Position numbers and translations under genes: made by a program. A stretch of DNA of 63,478 bases, counting the filler, from an uncultured bacterium (lineage in GTDB: Bacteria > CAZDME01 > JAYEMH01), in the NCBI GenBank assembly GCA_964506785.1. It is 17 parts of 17 records of this genome, joined end to end, with 100 filler letters (N's around TTAATTAATTAA, not from the genome) between each part and the next. Parts side by side here need not be neighbours in the genome. Positions count along the whole stretch, not along the records: positions 38,673 to 41,977 come from CAZDME010000089.1; positions 42,078 to 45,310 come from CAZDME010000090.1; positions 45,411 to 48,525 come from CAZDME010000091.1; 14 more parts are not named here. The stretch is one strand, 5' to 3'. Positions 38,910 to 48,625 of the stretch are shown here, in pieces. Each line of letters opens with the position of its first letter. Position 1 is the stretch's first letter. The notes under the pieces are model-generated. The model worked only from the letters and a program-made list of their open reading frames with translations, made no database searches and was not told the origin of the DNA.

Positions 38910-41117
38910 ATGTTTCGAGAAGAAGTCTATAAAAGTTTAGGTTTAAGCGACGGGGAGTATAAAAGGATTATAAAGGTCTTGGGGCGGGAACCAACACCTA
39001 CGGAACTGGCCATGTTTTCGGTGGAGTGGTCGGAGCATTGCGGCTATCCCCGTTCGCGTAATTTATTAAAACTTCTACCGCAAAGTGGCCGATACCAGGC
39101 TTTAAAGAGTGAAGATTCCGGTGGGATTATTATTGATGATTTAGCGGTTATTTTTAAAATGGAAAGTCATAACCATCCTTCACAGGTCGAACCAAAGCAG
39201 GGTGCGGCCACGGGTGTAGGCGGTATTATCAGAGATATCTTTACCGCCGGGGCAAGACCGATTGCCTCTTTGAATTCTTTAAGATTCGGTCCTTTAACCG
39301 AACCCTATAATCGCTATCTTTTACGCGGCGTGGTAGATGGAATTCAATTTTACGGTAATTGCCTGGGTGTGCCCACAGTTGGCGGTGATATATACTTTGA
39401 TGAGAGCTATAACGGTAACTGCCTGGTTAATGCAATGAGTATCGGTATTGCCAAAAAGGATAAGTTAGCCCGGGCGCGGGCTAGCGGATGCGGCAACTCC
39501 ATTATGTATGTAGGCTCAAGTACCGGAAGAGATGGCATTGGCGGTTGTAGTGTTTTAGCCTCACACGAATTTAGGGAAGGTGAAGAAAAAAGACCGACAG
39601 TTCAAATTGGAGACCCTTTTACCGAAAAATGTCTTATTGAGGCTACCTTAGAGGCTTTGGCGACCGGATATGTGGTAGGAATTAAAGATATGGGCGCCGC
39701 CGGGCTTACCTGTTCGACCAGTGAGATGGCTTCGGCCGGTAATTCCGGAATGGAAGTGGAACTTGCCGATGTTCCCCGCAGAGAAGAAAATATGGAGCCC
39801 TGGGAGGTGATGATGTCAGAGTCTCAGGAGAGGATGCTTATTTGTGTGCAAAAAGGGAAAGAGAAAGAAATCGCGAAGATTTTCTCCAACTGGGACTTAA
39901 ATGCGGTGGTTATCGGTAAGGTTACCGGTGATGATATGGTGCGCATCAAAGATAAAGGTAAAATCGTAGCGGAGATAAAGGCTCATTCTTTGACTCAAGT
40001 GCCGCTCTATGATATGCCTTACAAAAAGCCGGATTATTTAGATATATTAGGTAAATTGGATATCGCCACAATTCCCGAGCCCAAAGATTACAATGAGGTT
40101 TTGCTTGAACTTTTGAGCTCTCCTACTATTTGTAGTAAGGCCTGGGTTTATGAGCAATATGACCATATGGTGCAGACAAATACTTTGGTTTTACCCGGTT
40201 CTGATGCGGCAGTGCTCAGATTAAAAGGAACAAACAAAGCCATTGCCGCTACTACCGATTGTAATAGCCGCTACTGCTATTTAAATCCTTATCGAGGGGC
40301 ACAGATTGTTATCGCCGAGGCGGCCAGGAACCTGGTTTCATCCGGTGCCGAGCCGGCGGCGGTGACTGATTGTCTTAATTTTGGCAATCCGGAGAAACCC
40401 GATAGATTCTGGCAGTTTAAAAAGTGCGTTGAGGGAATCGTCGATGCTTGCAAATTTTTCAATATACCTGTAGTTAGCGGCAATGTCTCTTTTTACAATG
40501 AGCATCCTAAAGGAGCCATTTATCCTACTCCCAGTATCGGAATGATTGGCGTTATTCATGACGTCCGGCTTGTTTGCCGGCAGAATTTTAAAAAAGAAAA
40601 AGAAACAATTATTCTTTTAGGACTTTGTAAGGAAGAATTAGGTGGTAGCGAATATTTGAAAATGGCGCATGGATTAATAAAAGGAGACGCTCCAGAATTG
40701 GATTTGCGTTTAGAAGTAGCAGTTCAGCAGGCAACCTTAGAGGCGATAAAAAAAGGATTGGTCAGCTCCGCCCACGATTGCTCTGAAGGGGGATTAGCAG
40801 TGGCTTTGGCAGAATGCTGCCTCTCCGATAGGGAGAACCCGATAGGAGCAGTTATCGATAATTTGGATTTTACCGGAAGAAAAGATGCTATTCTTTTTGG
40901 TGAATCCCAGTCAAGAATTATCCTTTCTTGCAGCGAAGAATCTATCAGTAAGATTAGGGATATAGCCAAAAAGTTTGCGGCGCCATTTCAGATAATCGGG
41001 AAAACCGGCGGTAAAAAATTAAAGATATTAAACGATAAAAGCGTTATAATTGATTTGGCGGTTAAAAGGATGGTTTCTAAATGGACAAATTCATTGCAGT
41101 TATTGATTACGGCTTAG
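38910..41117 (+). CDS. purL: FGAM synthase subunit PurL
   Basis: WSEHC, ESHNHPS, DMGAAGL, SESQER, SGNVSFYN. Confidence 0.97.
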   Translation: MFREEVYKSLGLSDGEYKRIIKVLGREPTPTELAMFSVEWSEHCGYPRSRNLLKLLPQSGRYQALKSEDSGGIIIDDLAVIFKMESHNHPSQVEPKQGAATGVGGIIRDIFTAGARPIASLNSLRFGPLTEPYNRYLLRGVVDGIQFYGNCLGVPTVGGDIYFDESYNGNCLVNAMSIGIAKKDKLARARASGCGNSIMYVGSSTGRDGIGGCSVLASHEFREGEEKRPTVQIGDPFTEKCLIEATLEALATGYVVGIKDMGAAGLTCSTSEMASAGNSGMEVELADVPRREENMEPWEVMMSESQERMLICVQKGKEKEIAKIFSNWDLNAVVIGKVTGDDMVRIKDKGKIVAEIKAHSLTQVPLYDMPYKKPDYLDILGKLDIATIPEPKDYNEVLLELLSSPTICSKAWVYEQYDHMVQTNTLVLPGSDAAVLRLKGTNKAIAATTDCNSRYCYLNPYRGAQIVIAEAARNLVSSGAEPAAVTDCLNFGNPEKPDRFWQFKKCVEGIVDACKFFNIPVVSGNVSFYNEHPKGAIYPTPSIGMIGVIHDVRLVCRQNFKKEKETIILLGLCKEELGGSEYLKMAHGLIKGDAPELDLRLEVAVQQATLEAIKKGLVSSAHDCSEGGLAVALAECCLSDRENPIGAVIDNLDFTGRKDAILFGESQSRIILSCSEESISKIRDIAKKFAAPFQIIGKTGGKKLKILNDKSVIIDLAVKRMVSKWTNSLQLLITA

Positions 41118-41761
41118 GGAATTTAAGAAGCGTGAGCAAAGCCTTAGAAGCCGTTGGCGCAAAGACAAAGGTTACTAACGAACCTAAAGACATAGCCAAT
41201 GCTTCCGCACTCGTATTGCCTGGGGTAGGGGCTTTTTATCGGGCTATGGAAAATTTTAGCAATTTAGGGGTTTTATCTTCCATTTTTAAGGCAATCAAAA
41301 GCGGCAAGCCTTTTTTAGGAATCTGCCTGGGCTTACAGCTGTTATTTACGGAAAGCGAGGAACACGGGCGCCATAAGGGTTTTGATATTTTAAAGGGAAA
41401 GGTAAAAAAAATCGATTCGCAGGTGAAGATTCCCCATATGGGATGGAACCAGGTAAAAGTGCGGAAAACAGAAGACAGAAAACAGAAAACAGAAAGCAGA
41501 GGACAGAAAACAGATATATTTAAAGATATCCCGGATAAAAGTTATTTTTATTTTGACCACACTTATTATGTCGAACCTGAAGATAAAGAAATAATTATTG
41601 CCACGACCAAATATGGCCGGGATTTTGTCTCCGCAGTAAATAAGGATAACATTTGGGGTCTGCAATTTCACCCGGAAAAAAGCACCGCGCTTGGCCTGAA
41701 AATTTTGGGGAACTTTTGCCGTTATGTTAGCCCCGTTAGAAATCCCTCTGACTATGAGTAA
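41081..41761 (+). CDS. hisH: Imidazole glycerol phosphate synthase glutaminase subunit
   Basis: [30 protein letters not shown]. Confidence 0.96.
   Translation: MDKFIAVIDYGLGNLRSVSKALEAVGAKTKVTNEPKDIANASALVLPGVGAFYRAMENFSNLGVLSSIFKAIKSGKPFLGICLGLQLLFTESEEHGRHKGFDILKGKVKKIDSQVKIPHMGWNQVKVRKTEDRKQKTESRGQKTDIFKDIPDKSYFYFDHTYYVEPEDKEIIIATTKYGRDFVSAVNKDNIWGLQFHPEKSTALGLKILGNFCRYVSPVRNPSDYE
41462..41517 (+). repeat. Degenerate heptamer tandem repeat (CAGAAAA-like x8) inside hisH
   Basis: CGGAAAA CAGAAGA CAGAAAA CAGAAAA CAGAAAG CAGAGGA CAGAAAA CAGATAT. Confidence 0.85.
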
Positions 41762-41830
41762 GCATTTTTATTTTCTGATGGGGTAAGGGATGAGATTAAA
41801 ATGAAAAGTGAATCAAAATTTCCAACGGGG
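41731..41830. mobile_element. Miniature inverted-repeat element, copy B
   Basis: CCCCGTTAGAAAT...ATTTCCAACGGGG flanked by TTAG direct repeats; internal degenerate end at 41771-41783. Confidence 0.75.
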
Positions 41831-41977
41831 TTAGCTAAAAGGATTATACCTTGTCTGGATGTAAAAGACGGCCGGGTAGTTAAAGGAATTAATTTCCTGA
41901 ATTTAAAAGATGCTGGTGACCCGGTAGAGTCAGCTTCCGTATATTCCCGGGAAGGAGCCGATGAAATTGTTTTCTTA
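41801..41977 (+). CDS. hisF: Imidazole glycerol phosphate synthase cyclase subunit (3' partial)
   Basis: [27 protein letters not shown]. Confidence 0.95.
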
Positions 41978-42077
41978 NNNNNNNNNNNNNNNNNNNNNNN
42001 NNNNNNNNNNNNNNNNNNNNNTTAATTAATTAANNNNNNNNNNNNNNNNNNNNNNNNNNNNNNNNNNNNNNNNNNNN

Positions 42078-42778
42078 TTTTTCAGTGCTATGCTTACTGC
42101 ACGTAAATTATCAGCATTACATATCATAGGATTCTTGTATTTTCCGAATGGAACATTGAACTTCCCTCTACTATTAACCCTATATAAACCATTAAAGCAT
42201 GTTTTATTTAAATAAATTGTCCGTGCTGCTCGCTCTACTTTATCCGCTGGCTCTTGCTTCCTAATTTTGTAATATATTTTCTCTATATTCTTAAATTTAG
42301 AATTATTCAAGAAACCTATTAATCTTTCAACGTTTTCTTTAATGACACGATAGCAATTCACAAGCTCATCGTTCGAATCTATTAAAATTATTCGTTTGCC
42401 ATTATTTAATCTACCAGTGCTATATAAATGAAAAAATACTGCACCGCCACCAACAAAAGGTTCAAGATAATTATTAAATTTATCCGGAAAGAAAGCTTCG
42501 TATTGCCTTAACAACTGACCTTTTCCCCCTGCCCATTTTAAGAAAGGTTCAGTTTTGGTAGGAAATTGTGTGGAGAGAGACACTGAAATGGTGCTCAACT
42601 CATTTGCTTCAAGCCAAGCATTTAGTTTTTCGATTCTAAATCTCCATTGATTTTCTATTCTTGCGACAGGGATTTTTCCATTTTGAGCAAGTTTATATAC
42701 CTTTTCTTTGCTCATTTGAAGATACTCAGCTACATCTTTTACTGTAAGCAACCTTTCCACTTGTAAGCCTCTGTCCAA
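42078..42778 (-). CDS. Dam-family DNA adenine methyltransferase with N-terminal excisionase-like HTH (3' partial)
   Basis: LLTVKDVAEYL...QWRF HTH; PFLKWAGGK, EPFVGGGAV, FNGLYRVN..G.FNVPFG. Confidence 0.9.
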
Positions 42779-43001
42779 AGAAAACTACAGAATACTACTA
42801 TTTACCAATATTATACTCTTCTTCGGGGGTTATTCAAGTTAATTCGACAAACAAAAAACCTCCGCCTTTTCAAGCGAAGGTTTTACTTTTTTAACGTCCG
42901 GGATTTCCCCCTTCAAACACGGGACTTTTGCTACTAAATTTACTATAACTTATCTATATAGGTTTGTCAATTCCTTTTATGGGAAAGCTTGCCTGCCCCC
43001 G

Positions 43002-43616
43002 TTACTTACCGTAGAGAGCCTTTAATTGCTCAACCGTGGGATTGGCCGAATAATATTCTCCCTGGGGTCCGATATACCCTTCATCCTGCTTTACCAATCT
43101 AACCGGGGTATAGCTGCCATTGGCATTAGGAACATGTATCGTTACCGCCTGGCCGGGTAGATTCTGAAGCTCTTGAACGGCCGGAGAGAGAACCATAGCG
43201 GCCGGAATAGCCTCAGGAGGCGAAACAACAATATAACCGGAAGGACAAGCCCTATAGTAAATATTGTCGCAATAATAATAGGTTTGGCCTCTAACCCTAA
43301 AGGTTCGGTGTCCTCCGGGAAGAACCTTGACTGTCCTAACTGTCTTAACCATCCTAACCGTTGGGCAGGTTGAAGATGTAGACATAGTAGTAGCCAGGAC
43401 CCCAACTAACCCTAAAGCCAGGGCTCCATACAAGACAGCATCATTAGTATCCTTTTTGTGCCTTATGTGCCTTAGGTGACGGCCCGGCCTTCTATGCGAA
43501 TAGCTTCTTGAGATACGTCTTCGCGGACGAGCAAAGGCATCTGCCGATTGGGCCATAATAATTAAGCTGCAAATCAATACCACCAATAATTTATTGGAAA
43601 AGATTTTTTTATTCAT
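43002..43616 (-). CDS. Secreted/membrane hypothetical protein
   Basis: Signal peptide, Arg/His-rich segment, YYYCDNIYY..GYIVV.PP motif. Confidence 0.7.
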   Translation of the reverse strand: MNKKIFSNKLLVVLICSLIIMAQSADAFARPRRRISRSYSHRRPGRHLRHIRHKKDTNDAVLYGALALGLVGVLATTMSTSSTCPTVRMVKTVRTVKVLPGGHRTFRVRGQTYYYCDNIYYRACPSGYIVVSPPEAIPAAMVLSPAVQELQNLPGQAVTIHVPNANGSYTPVRLVKQDEGYIGPQGEYYSANPTVEQLKALYGK

Positions 43617-43617
43617 T

Positions 43618-44115
43618 TTAATCCTCCTTTCCGTATTTCTTGCTCCATATCTTCCGCGAATGCGACCTGCGCCCCATCTTTGAGCGAGAGGGGCCTAACG
43701 TCTTGAATTTCTCCTGTTGCTGGGGAGTTAAAACCTCCATAATCTTCTGGTTGCTCTTCTCCTTGATAGTGTCAATAGACTGACGAACATCTTTTCCTAC
43801 CTGACTAATTTCCCGGCGCGTCTCTTCCATAATCGCCTTAACCTTGACTTGCTGCTCCTGGTTAAGCTCCAGCTTATCGGTCAACATGGTAAAGAGACGC
43901 TCCTTGCCCCTTCCCCCTCTGGCTCTGAAATCTTTGGGGGCCTTGAAATCCTTCGACCGATGCCACATAAATCGCTCTGCCTTTTCGGTAAAATTCGGCC
44001 TCTTAGAACTCAGGTAAGGAAAATCTACCTTTTTGGCTATACCGGCGCCAACCACTACCCCGGTTAAAACACATAACACTCCAAATACTGCCAGATAAAC
44101 TGCGTTCTTATTCAT
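43618..44115 (-). CDS. Periplasmic Spy/CpxP-like protein
   Basis: TM anchor, LELNQEQQ and VLTPQQQEKF (LTxxQ) motifs. Confidence 0.7.
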   Translation of the reverse strand: MNKNAVYLAVFGVLCVLTGVVVGAGIAKKVDFPYLSSKRPNFTEKAERFMWHRSKDFKAPKDFRARGGRGKERLFTMLTDKLELNQEQQVKVKAIMEETRREISQVGKDVRQSIDTIKEKSNQKIMEVLTPQQQEKFKTLGPSRSKMGRRSHSRKIWSKKYGKED

Positions 44116-44131
44116 CTAAATCACCTCCATT

Positions 44132-44581
44132 TTAATCTTCTACTCCCAGAATTACCTCTAAAGCCGCTTCGGTACTTACCGGATTGCCGCTTAAGAGGTT
44201 ATCTTCTAAAGTTGTCTCACTAGCCTTCTGCCCGGTGGAAATTGAAAAGAGAAAGAGAATCGATAGGACAAAGGTCGCTACCGGAATGGGAATAAGCCGC
44301 CGGGAAAGATTTTCCAGATCAATCAGGGAAGGTCTCTTTTCGGCAGGCTCTTGCCGTTTCCGGGCGATTTTATCCCGCAGGCGGTTAATTAAATAATTCT
44401 CCGGTAAATTTATCCGCTCTTTTCCCGAGACAAGCTCCTTAACCCGGGAAAGTTCCAATAATTCCTTTTTACAAAGAGGACAGGCATTTAGGTGTCTTTC
44501 AACCAGAGTGGTTTCGGCTTCACCTGTCTCCTTATCCAGATAGCGGGATAATAATGTTTTTACCTTAATGCATTCCTTCAT
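44132..44581 (-). CDS. Zinc-binding anti-sigma factor (zf-HC2)
   Basis: HLNACPLC (HxxxCxxC) and one TM helix. Confidence 0.9.
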   Translation of the reverse strand: MKECIKVKTLLSRYLDKETGEAETTLVERHLNACPLCKKELLELSRVKELVSGKERINLPENYLINRLRDKIARKRQEPAEKRPSLIDLENLSRRLIPIPVATFVLSILFLFSISTGQKASETTLEDNLLSGNPVSTEAALEVILGVED

Positions 44582-45138
44582 TTCGATTCACCCCTTGACC
44601 TAAGCAGTTCCGTTTTAAGAAATTTTCTGGCACGGTAAATCTTTGACTCCACCGTTCCGATAGAACAACGTAAAACCCCGGCTATTTCAATATAGCTTAA
44701 CCCATCGATATCCTTAAGCACCAGCGCTACCCTGAACTTAAAAGGAACGTTCTTTAACGCCATTTGAATCATCCGTTCTTTTTCCTTGCCCAATAAGGTG
44801 TCTCCGGGACCCCGGCGGCCGGAGGCAATATTATTAAGGATACCTTCATTATTAACAAAATGCCTTCTCCGGCGCGAGAAATCATAAGTGGTATTGACAA
44901 CAATGCGGTAAAGCCAGGTGGAAAACTGAGAGCGTTCCCTAAAAGACCTTAAATTGCGGTAAACCTTCAAAAATACCTCCTGGGTGATATCTTCGCTTTC
45001 CCCGTCTCTTCCGATAAGGGAATAAACGATATTCAAAGCCCGGTTCTGGTACTTTTTGACCAACATTTCGAACCCTTTCTCATCGCCAGCAAGAAACTGT
45101 TCTATATAAAGGTTATCTTCGTTTTTCTGTTTCTTCAT
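44578..45138 (-). CDS. ECF RNA polymerase sigma factor
   Basis: EDITQEVFLK, FSTWLYRI, LSYIEIA..GTVESKIYRAR. Confidence 0.95.
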   Translation of the reverse strand: MKKQKNEDNLYIEQFLAGDEKGFEMLVKKYQNRALNIVYSLIGRDGESEDITQEVFLKVYRNLRSFRERSQFSTWLYRIVVNTTYDFSRRRRHFVNNEGILNNIASGRRGPGDTLLGKEKERMIQMALKNVPFKFRVALVLKDIDGLSYIEIAGVLRCSIGTVESKIYRARKFLKTELLRSRGESK

Positions 45139-45144
45139 AGATTA

Positions 45145-45169
45145 GACGTACCCATTAGAAATTTATTCC
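45145..45169 (-). promoter_or_regulatory. Putative ECF autoregulatory promoter
   Basis: Minus strand GGAAT-N16-CGTC, 6 nt before the ATG. Confidence 0.55.
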
Positions 45170-45552
45170 CAGAATTTTGGAGGAAGATATCATTCAGGTA
45201 TTGCAGGTTAAATGCCCTACTATTATACCAGAAAGATAGGATTTGGTAAGGATTTCTTGTTGAGGAATGAAGAAGGGTGGTTTATTAAAGAAGAAAGACC
45301 TGCCCGGCTGNNNNNNNNNNNNNNNNNNNNNNNNNNNNNNNNNNNNNNNNNNNNTTAATTAATTAANNNNNNNNNNNNNNNNNNNNNNNNNNNNNNNNNN
45401 NNNNNNNNNNAGCAAATGCAATAATACGTCAGATGAAGAGAATCTAAAAAAAGAAGAGCGTTCCTAGTCGTGAGACCCCAGTCGGATAGAACCTTGTGTT
45501 TCGTTACTTTTGCCGAAAAATGGTCTTTATGATATAAGGGGAGGAATAGGAA

Positions 45553-45813
45553 ATGTCATTTAATTATGATACATGTCAAAAAAATATTGAGTTATTGGCT
45601 CAGTGGTATAAGGAGCATCGCGGGGAAAGAAATGAAGCAACAACTCGTTTAACTCTAATTGATAGATTATTTTTTGAATGCTTAGCTTGGGAGAAAGCAG
45701 ACGTTATTTTAGAAGAATCACATAATAAAACATACGCAGATTATACGTTTTTAGCACCACGACGCATTCTCATTGTTGAAGCAAAAAAGGCAAGAGGTTA
45801 TAAGGATGAATAA
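45553..45813 (+). pseudogene. Truncated restriction endonuclease-like (HsdR N-terminal type) protein
   Basis: NEATTRLTLID..L..LAW, ADY...IVEAKK PD-(D/E)xK-like motif; ORF ends 7 codons later. Confidence 0.6.
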
Positions 45814-45991
45814 AAAACAATTGATTGTATTGTGGGTAATGGGAATTATTATTAGTATAGGGTGGTGGTGTTGGTCTGCGAATGTAGGTCAATACAAGTC
45901 ACAAAGCACACCATACTTAATAGGGACGCATATGACAACTTTAATTATCGGTGGCTTATTAATTTATACCTTAAAAAATAAAAAGAAATGA
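45806..45991 (+). CDS. Small two-TM membrane protein
   Basis: MNKKQLIVLWVMGII...LIIGGLLIYTLKNKKK; overlapping starts and stops with neighbours. Confidence 0.6.
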   Translation: MNKKQLIVLWVMGIIISIGWWCWSANVGQYKSQSTPYLIGTHMTTLIIGGLLIYTLKNKKK

Positions 45992-46515
45992 AGTCCTTAA
46001 CTATTCTAATTCTGGCCCTACTTCTCCTCTCATCCCTCGCCTATGCTCAAATGAATTATCAGCATATTGATTTAGATGGCGATGGCAAAGAGGAGATTAT
46101 CGCAGTTTATCAGCAATTTGAGATACCAGAAAATATCCTGCCATTTGAGAAAGAAGGAACAATTGCGGTATATAATTCGGATGGGGAACAGATAGGTCGT
46201 TTCTCTATGCCAGACCGCTTTGATAAGATAGAATTTGTAAGCCTCAACAAGGATGGAGTTAAGCAGATAGTAGCTTGGTCTTCTGGTGGTATGCATTATA
46301 CTAATATAGCTATCTATGGCTATAAGGATAGTAGATTGTATAAAATATTTGAGAATGGTAGCGGTTGCGCTATCCTTACGGATTTTAATTCTGCGCCGCC
46401 TAAAATAAAAGTAGGCATACCTAAGTTTGAAGAAAAAGGCTGGTCTTACGCAGATGAGCCAGATTGGGAAATATGGGCTTGGGGTGGTAAGGAATTTAAA
46501 AGAATGAGTGAATAA
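45988..46515 (+). CDS. Secreted hypothetical protein with DxDGDG motif
   Basis: Signal peptide, IDLDGDGKEEII and LNKDGVKQI repeats. Confidence 0.7.
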   Translation: MKSLTILILALLLLSSLAYAQMNYQHIDLDGDGKEEIIAVYQQFEIPENILPFEKEGTIAVYNSDGEQIGRFSMPDRFDKIEFVSLNKDGVKQIVAWSSGGMHYTNIAIYGYKDSRLYKIFENGSGCAILTDFNSAPPKIKVGIPKFEEKGWSYADEPDWEIWAWGGKEFKRMSE

Positions 46516-46629
46516 TAGTCACTCGAAGCATTACCATCACGGAACAATTGATAATTTGATTAGTGAATTAAAAGAGATCAAGTTAAAGTAATATTTTTGG
46601 TATAATAAGGTAGATTTTACCATCAAATT

Positions 46630-47005
46630 TTGCCCGTCCCTTTATATATGGCGGGCGTGCCCGCACCACGCCCGCCATAAGAAGATTTAAAAAATTCGCG
46701 TTTTCCCTTTTCCCCTCCCTTTGAGGAAAGGGAGAGGGGAATAAAAAGGGGTGGGGTTAAAAGCCCTCTGCAAGAGTCGTCGAACCCTCCTCGGAGGGCG
46801 TTCCGCCGAAGGCGGACGGCGAAAGGGAGGTCATAAAGCGAACCCCAATATCCCTTGTAAGCGAGCGCTACATATTCGGCCACTCTGCCCGATAGAAGTT
46901 TTTATTTTATCGCTTAAGGGCAGAGACGGACGAGCGACACCTTAAATTACTTGTTAAAGAGCGAGGACGCAGACTCAGCCGAAGGCTGAGGCTGGCCGAA
47001 TTAAA
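46630..47005. other. GC-rich multi-hairpin non-coding region
   Basis: At least six stems, e.g. 13-bp perfect stem 46647-46679 and stems at 46710-46741, 46883-46925, 46974-46990. Confidence 0.65.
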
Positions 47006-47096
47006 TTACTTGTTTTTGTAAAAATAAGTTCGAACTTTGTTTAAAAGGCGCCGCCAGTTTTACTTTGAAAAATTTTTAAAATAAAAAAAGACGAAA

Positions 47097-48525
47097 ATGC
47101 AAAAAGACAGACTTACTATCTTTCTCCTTTCGGCCATCTGCCTTTTTAGTCTTGGCTTTTTTCCCGCCGGGGCAGAGGAACATAAATTGGCTTCCCCGGA
47201 AAATAGAGTCATTTCTCTGGAGGAATGCGTTAACTTTGCCCTTGAAAACAGTTCGGTGGTTAAATTAGCCAAGCTGGATTTTTTGATTGCAGAAGCCGAT
47301 CAGGGAATAGAGGAAGCGATATTTGATACGAGACTATTTGCCGATCTGTATTTCTCTGATGACAAAAGAGAGAGTCTTTCTATTTTCGGCCCCGATCAGA
47401 CAAAAACAAATTCCTATTCCGCCGGTCTTTCAAAAAAGCTGCCCTCAGGGACGGAATTAACCTTTTCTTTTTCGGATAGCAGAGCCTGGAGTAACTCCCA
47501 GTATGTTTCGCAGAATCCGGCTCATACCGCAGAGGCATCTCTGGAGGCGCGCCAGCCTTTAGCCAAGAATTTCTTTGGTCAAATCGACAGGCAAAAGATA
47601 TCGGTAACCAATTTGGCAATTAAAAATGCCGATTTGGATACCAAAGAAAGAATCGAATTATTAGTGGCCGAAGTTGAAAAGGCCTACTGGCAGTGGGTAT
47701 ATGCTAAGAAGGATTTAGATGTTTACCGTCAGATTTTAGAAAAGTCTAAAAAGCTGCATAAGGCCAATATCCGCAATTATGATATCGGCCGTATTGAAAG
47801 GGGAGACTTTTTGGCTTCGAAGGCGAATGTTTTGATAAGGGAAAGCGAAACGGCTATTGCTGAAAATAAATACCGGCAATCGGAAGAGAGCCTCAAGCTT
47901 TTTATGAATATGGACCCGATTTATCGAATTAAGCCAGCGCAAGGTTTGGAGTATAAAGAAATAAAATTTACGTTGGAGAATTCTCTCCGAACGGCCTTTC
48001 AAAAAAGGAGGGATTATCAAAAGGCCACGAGAGAAGTGATGATAAAGAATATTACCTTAAAGACTAAAGCCAATGAATGCTGGCCGGAGATTGATCTGGT
48101 AGCTACCATGGCCGCCAATGGAATAGACTCGAATTTTACCGATGCCTCAAAGAAGATAGCTGATGAAGACAATAACTATTATTATGCCGGGGTGGAAATA
48201 TCGATCCCTCTGGAAAATAAAAAAGCCAGAGGCGAATTTAAGAAGGCCCGGCACAACAAAGAAAAAGCCATTATTAACCTTAAGACGATTGAGAGAACCA
48301 TCATCACTGAAATAGGCAATGATTTCCGCGATTATACAACTTATCACGCCAATTTAAAAAATCTCATAAAGGCTTCCCAACTGCAAGAGGAAAAGCTCCG
48401 GGAAGAGGAAAAACGATTTAACTATGGCCGGTCGGATACCAAAAGGTTAATTGACTATCAAGAGGATAATCTCCGGGCCCAGCTTCAGGTAGCTCAAGGT
48501 ATCCTTAATTTTGAAAAAGCCCGGG
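47097..48525 (+). CDS. TolC-family outer membrane protein (3' partial)
   Basis: Signal peptide, ISLEECVNFALEN, ARQPLAKN, WPEIDL, GVEISIPL. Confidence 0.9.
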
Positions 48526-48625
48526 NNNNNNNNNNNNNNNNNNNNNNNNNNNNNNNNNNNNNNNNNNNNTTAATTAATTAANNNNNNNNNNNNNNNNNNN
48601 NNNNNNNNNNNNNNNNNNNNNNNNN

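Noticed and set aside
45151-45162. CCCATTAGAAAT as a third mini-element end
   Set aside because: Single degenerate half with no partner or duplication; lies in the ECF promoter spacer.
46623-46945. Two overlapping short ORFs, and tRNA/tmRNA/RNase P interpretations of the hairpin region
   Set aside because: ORFs look like by-products of GC-rich palindromes; no cloverleaf, tag reading frame or GAGGAAAGTCC motif.
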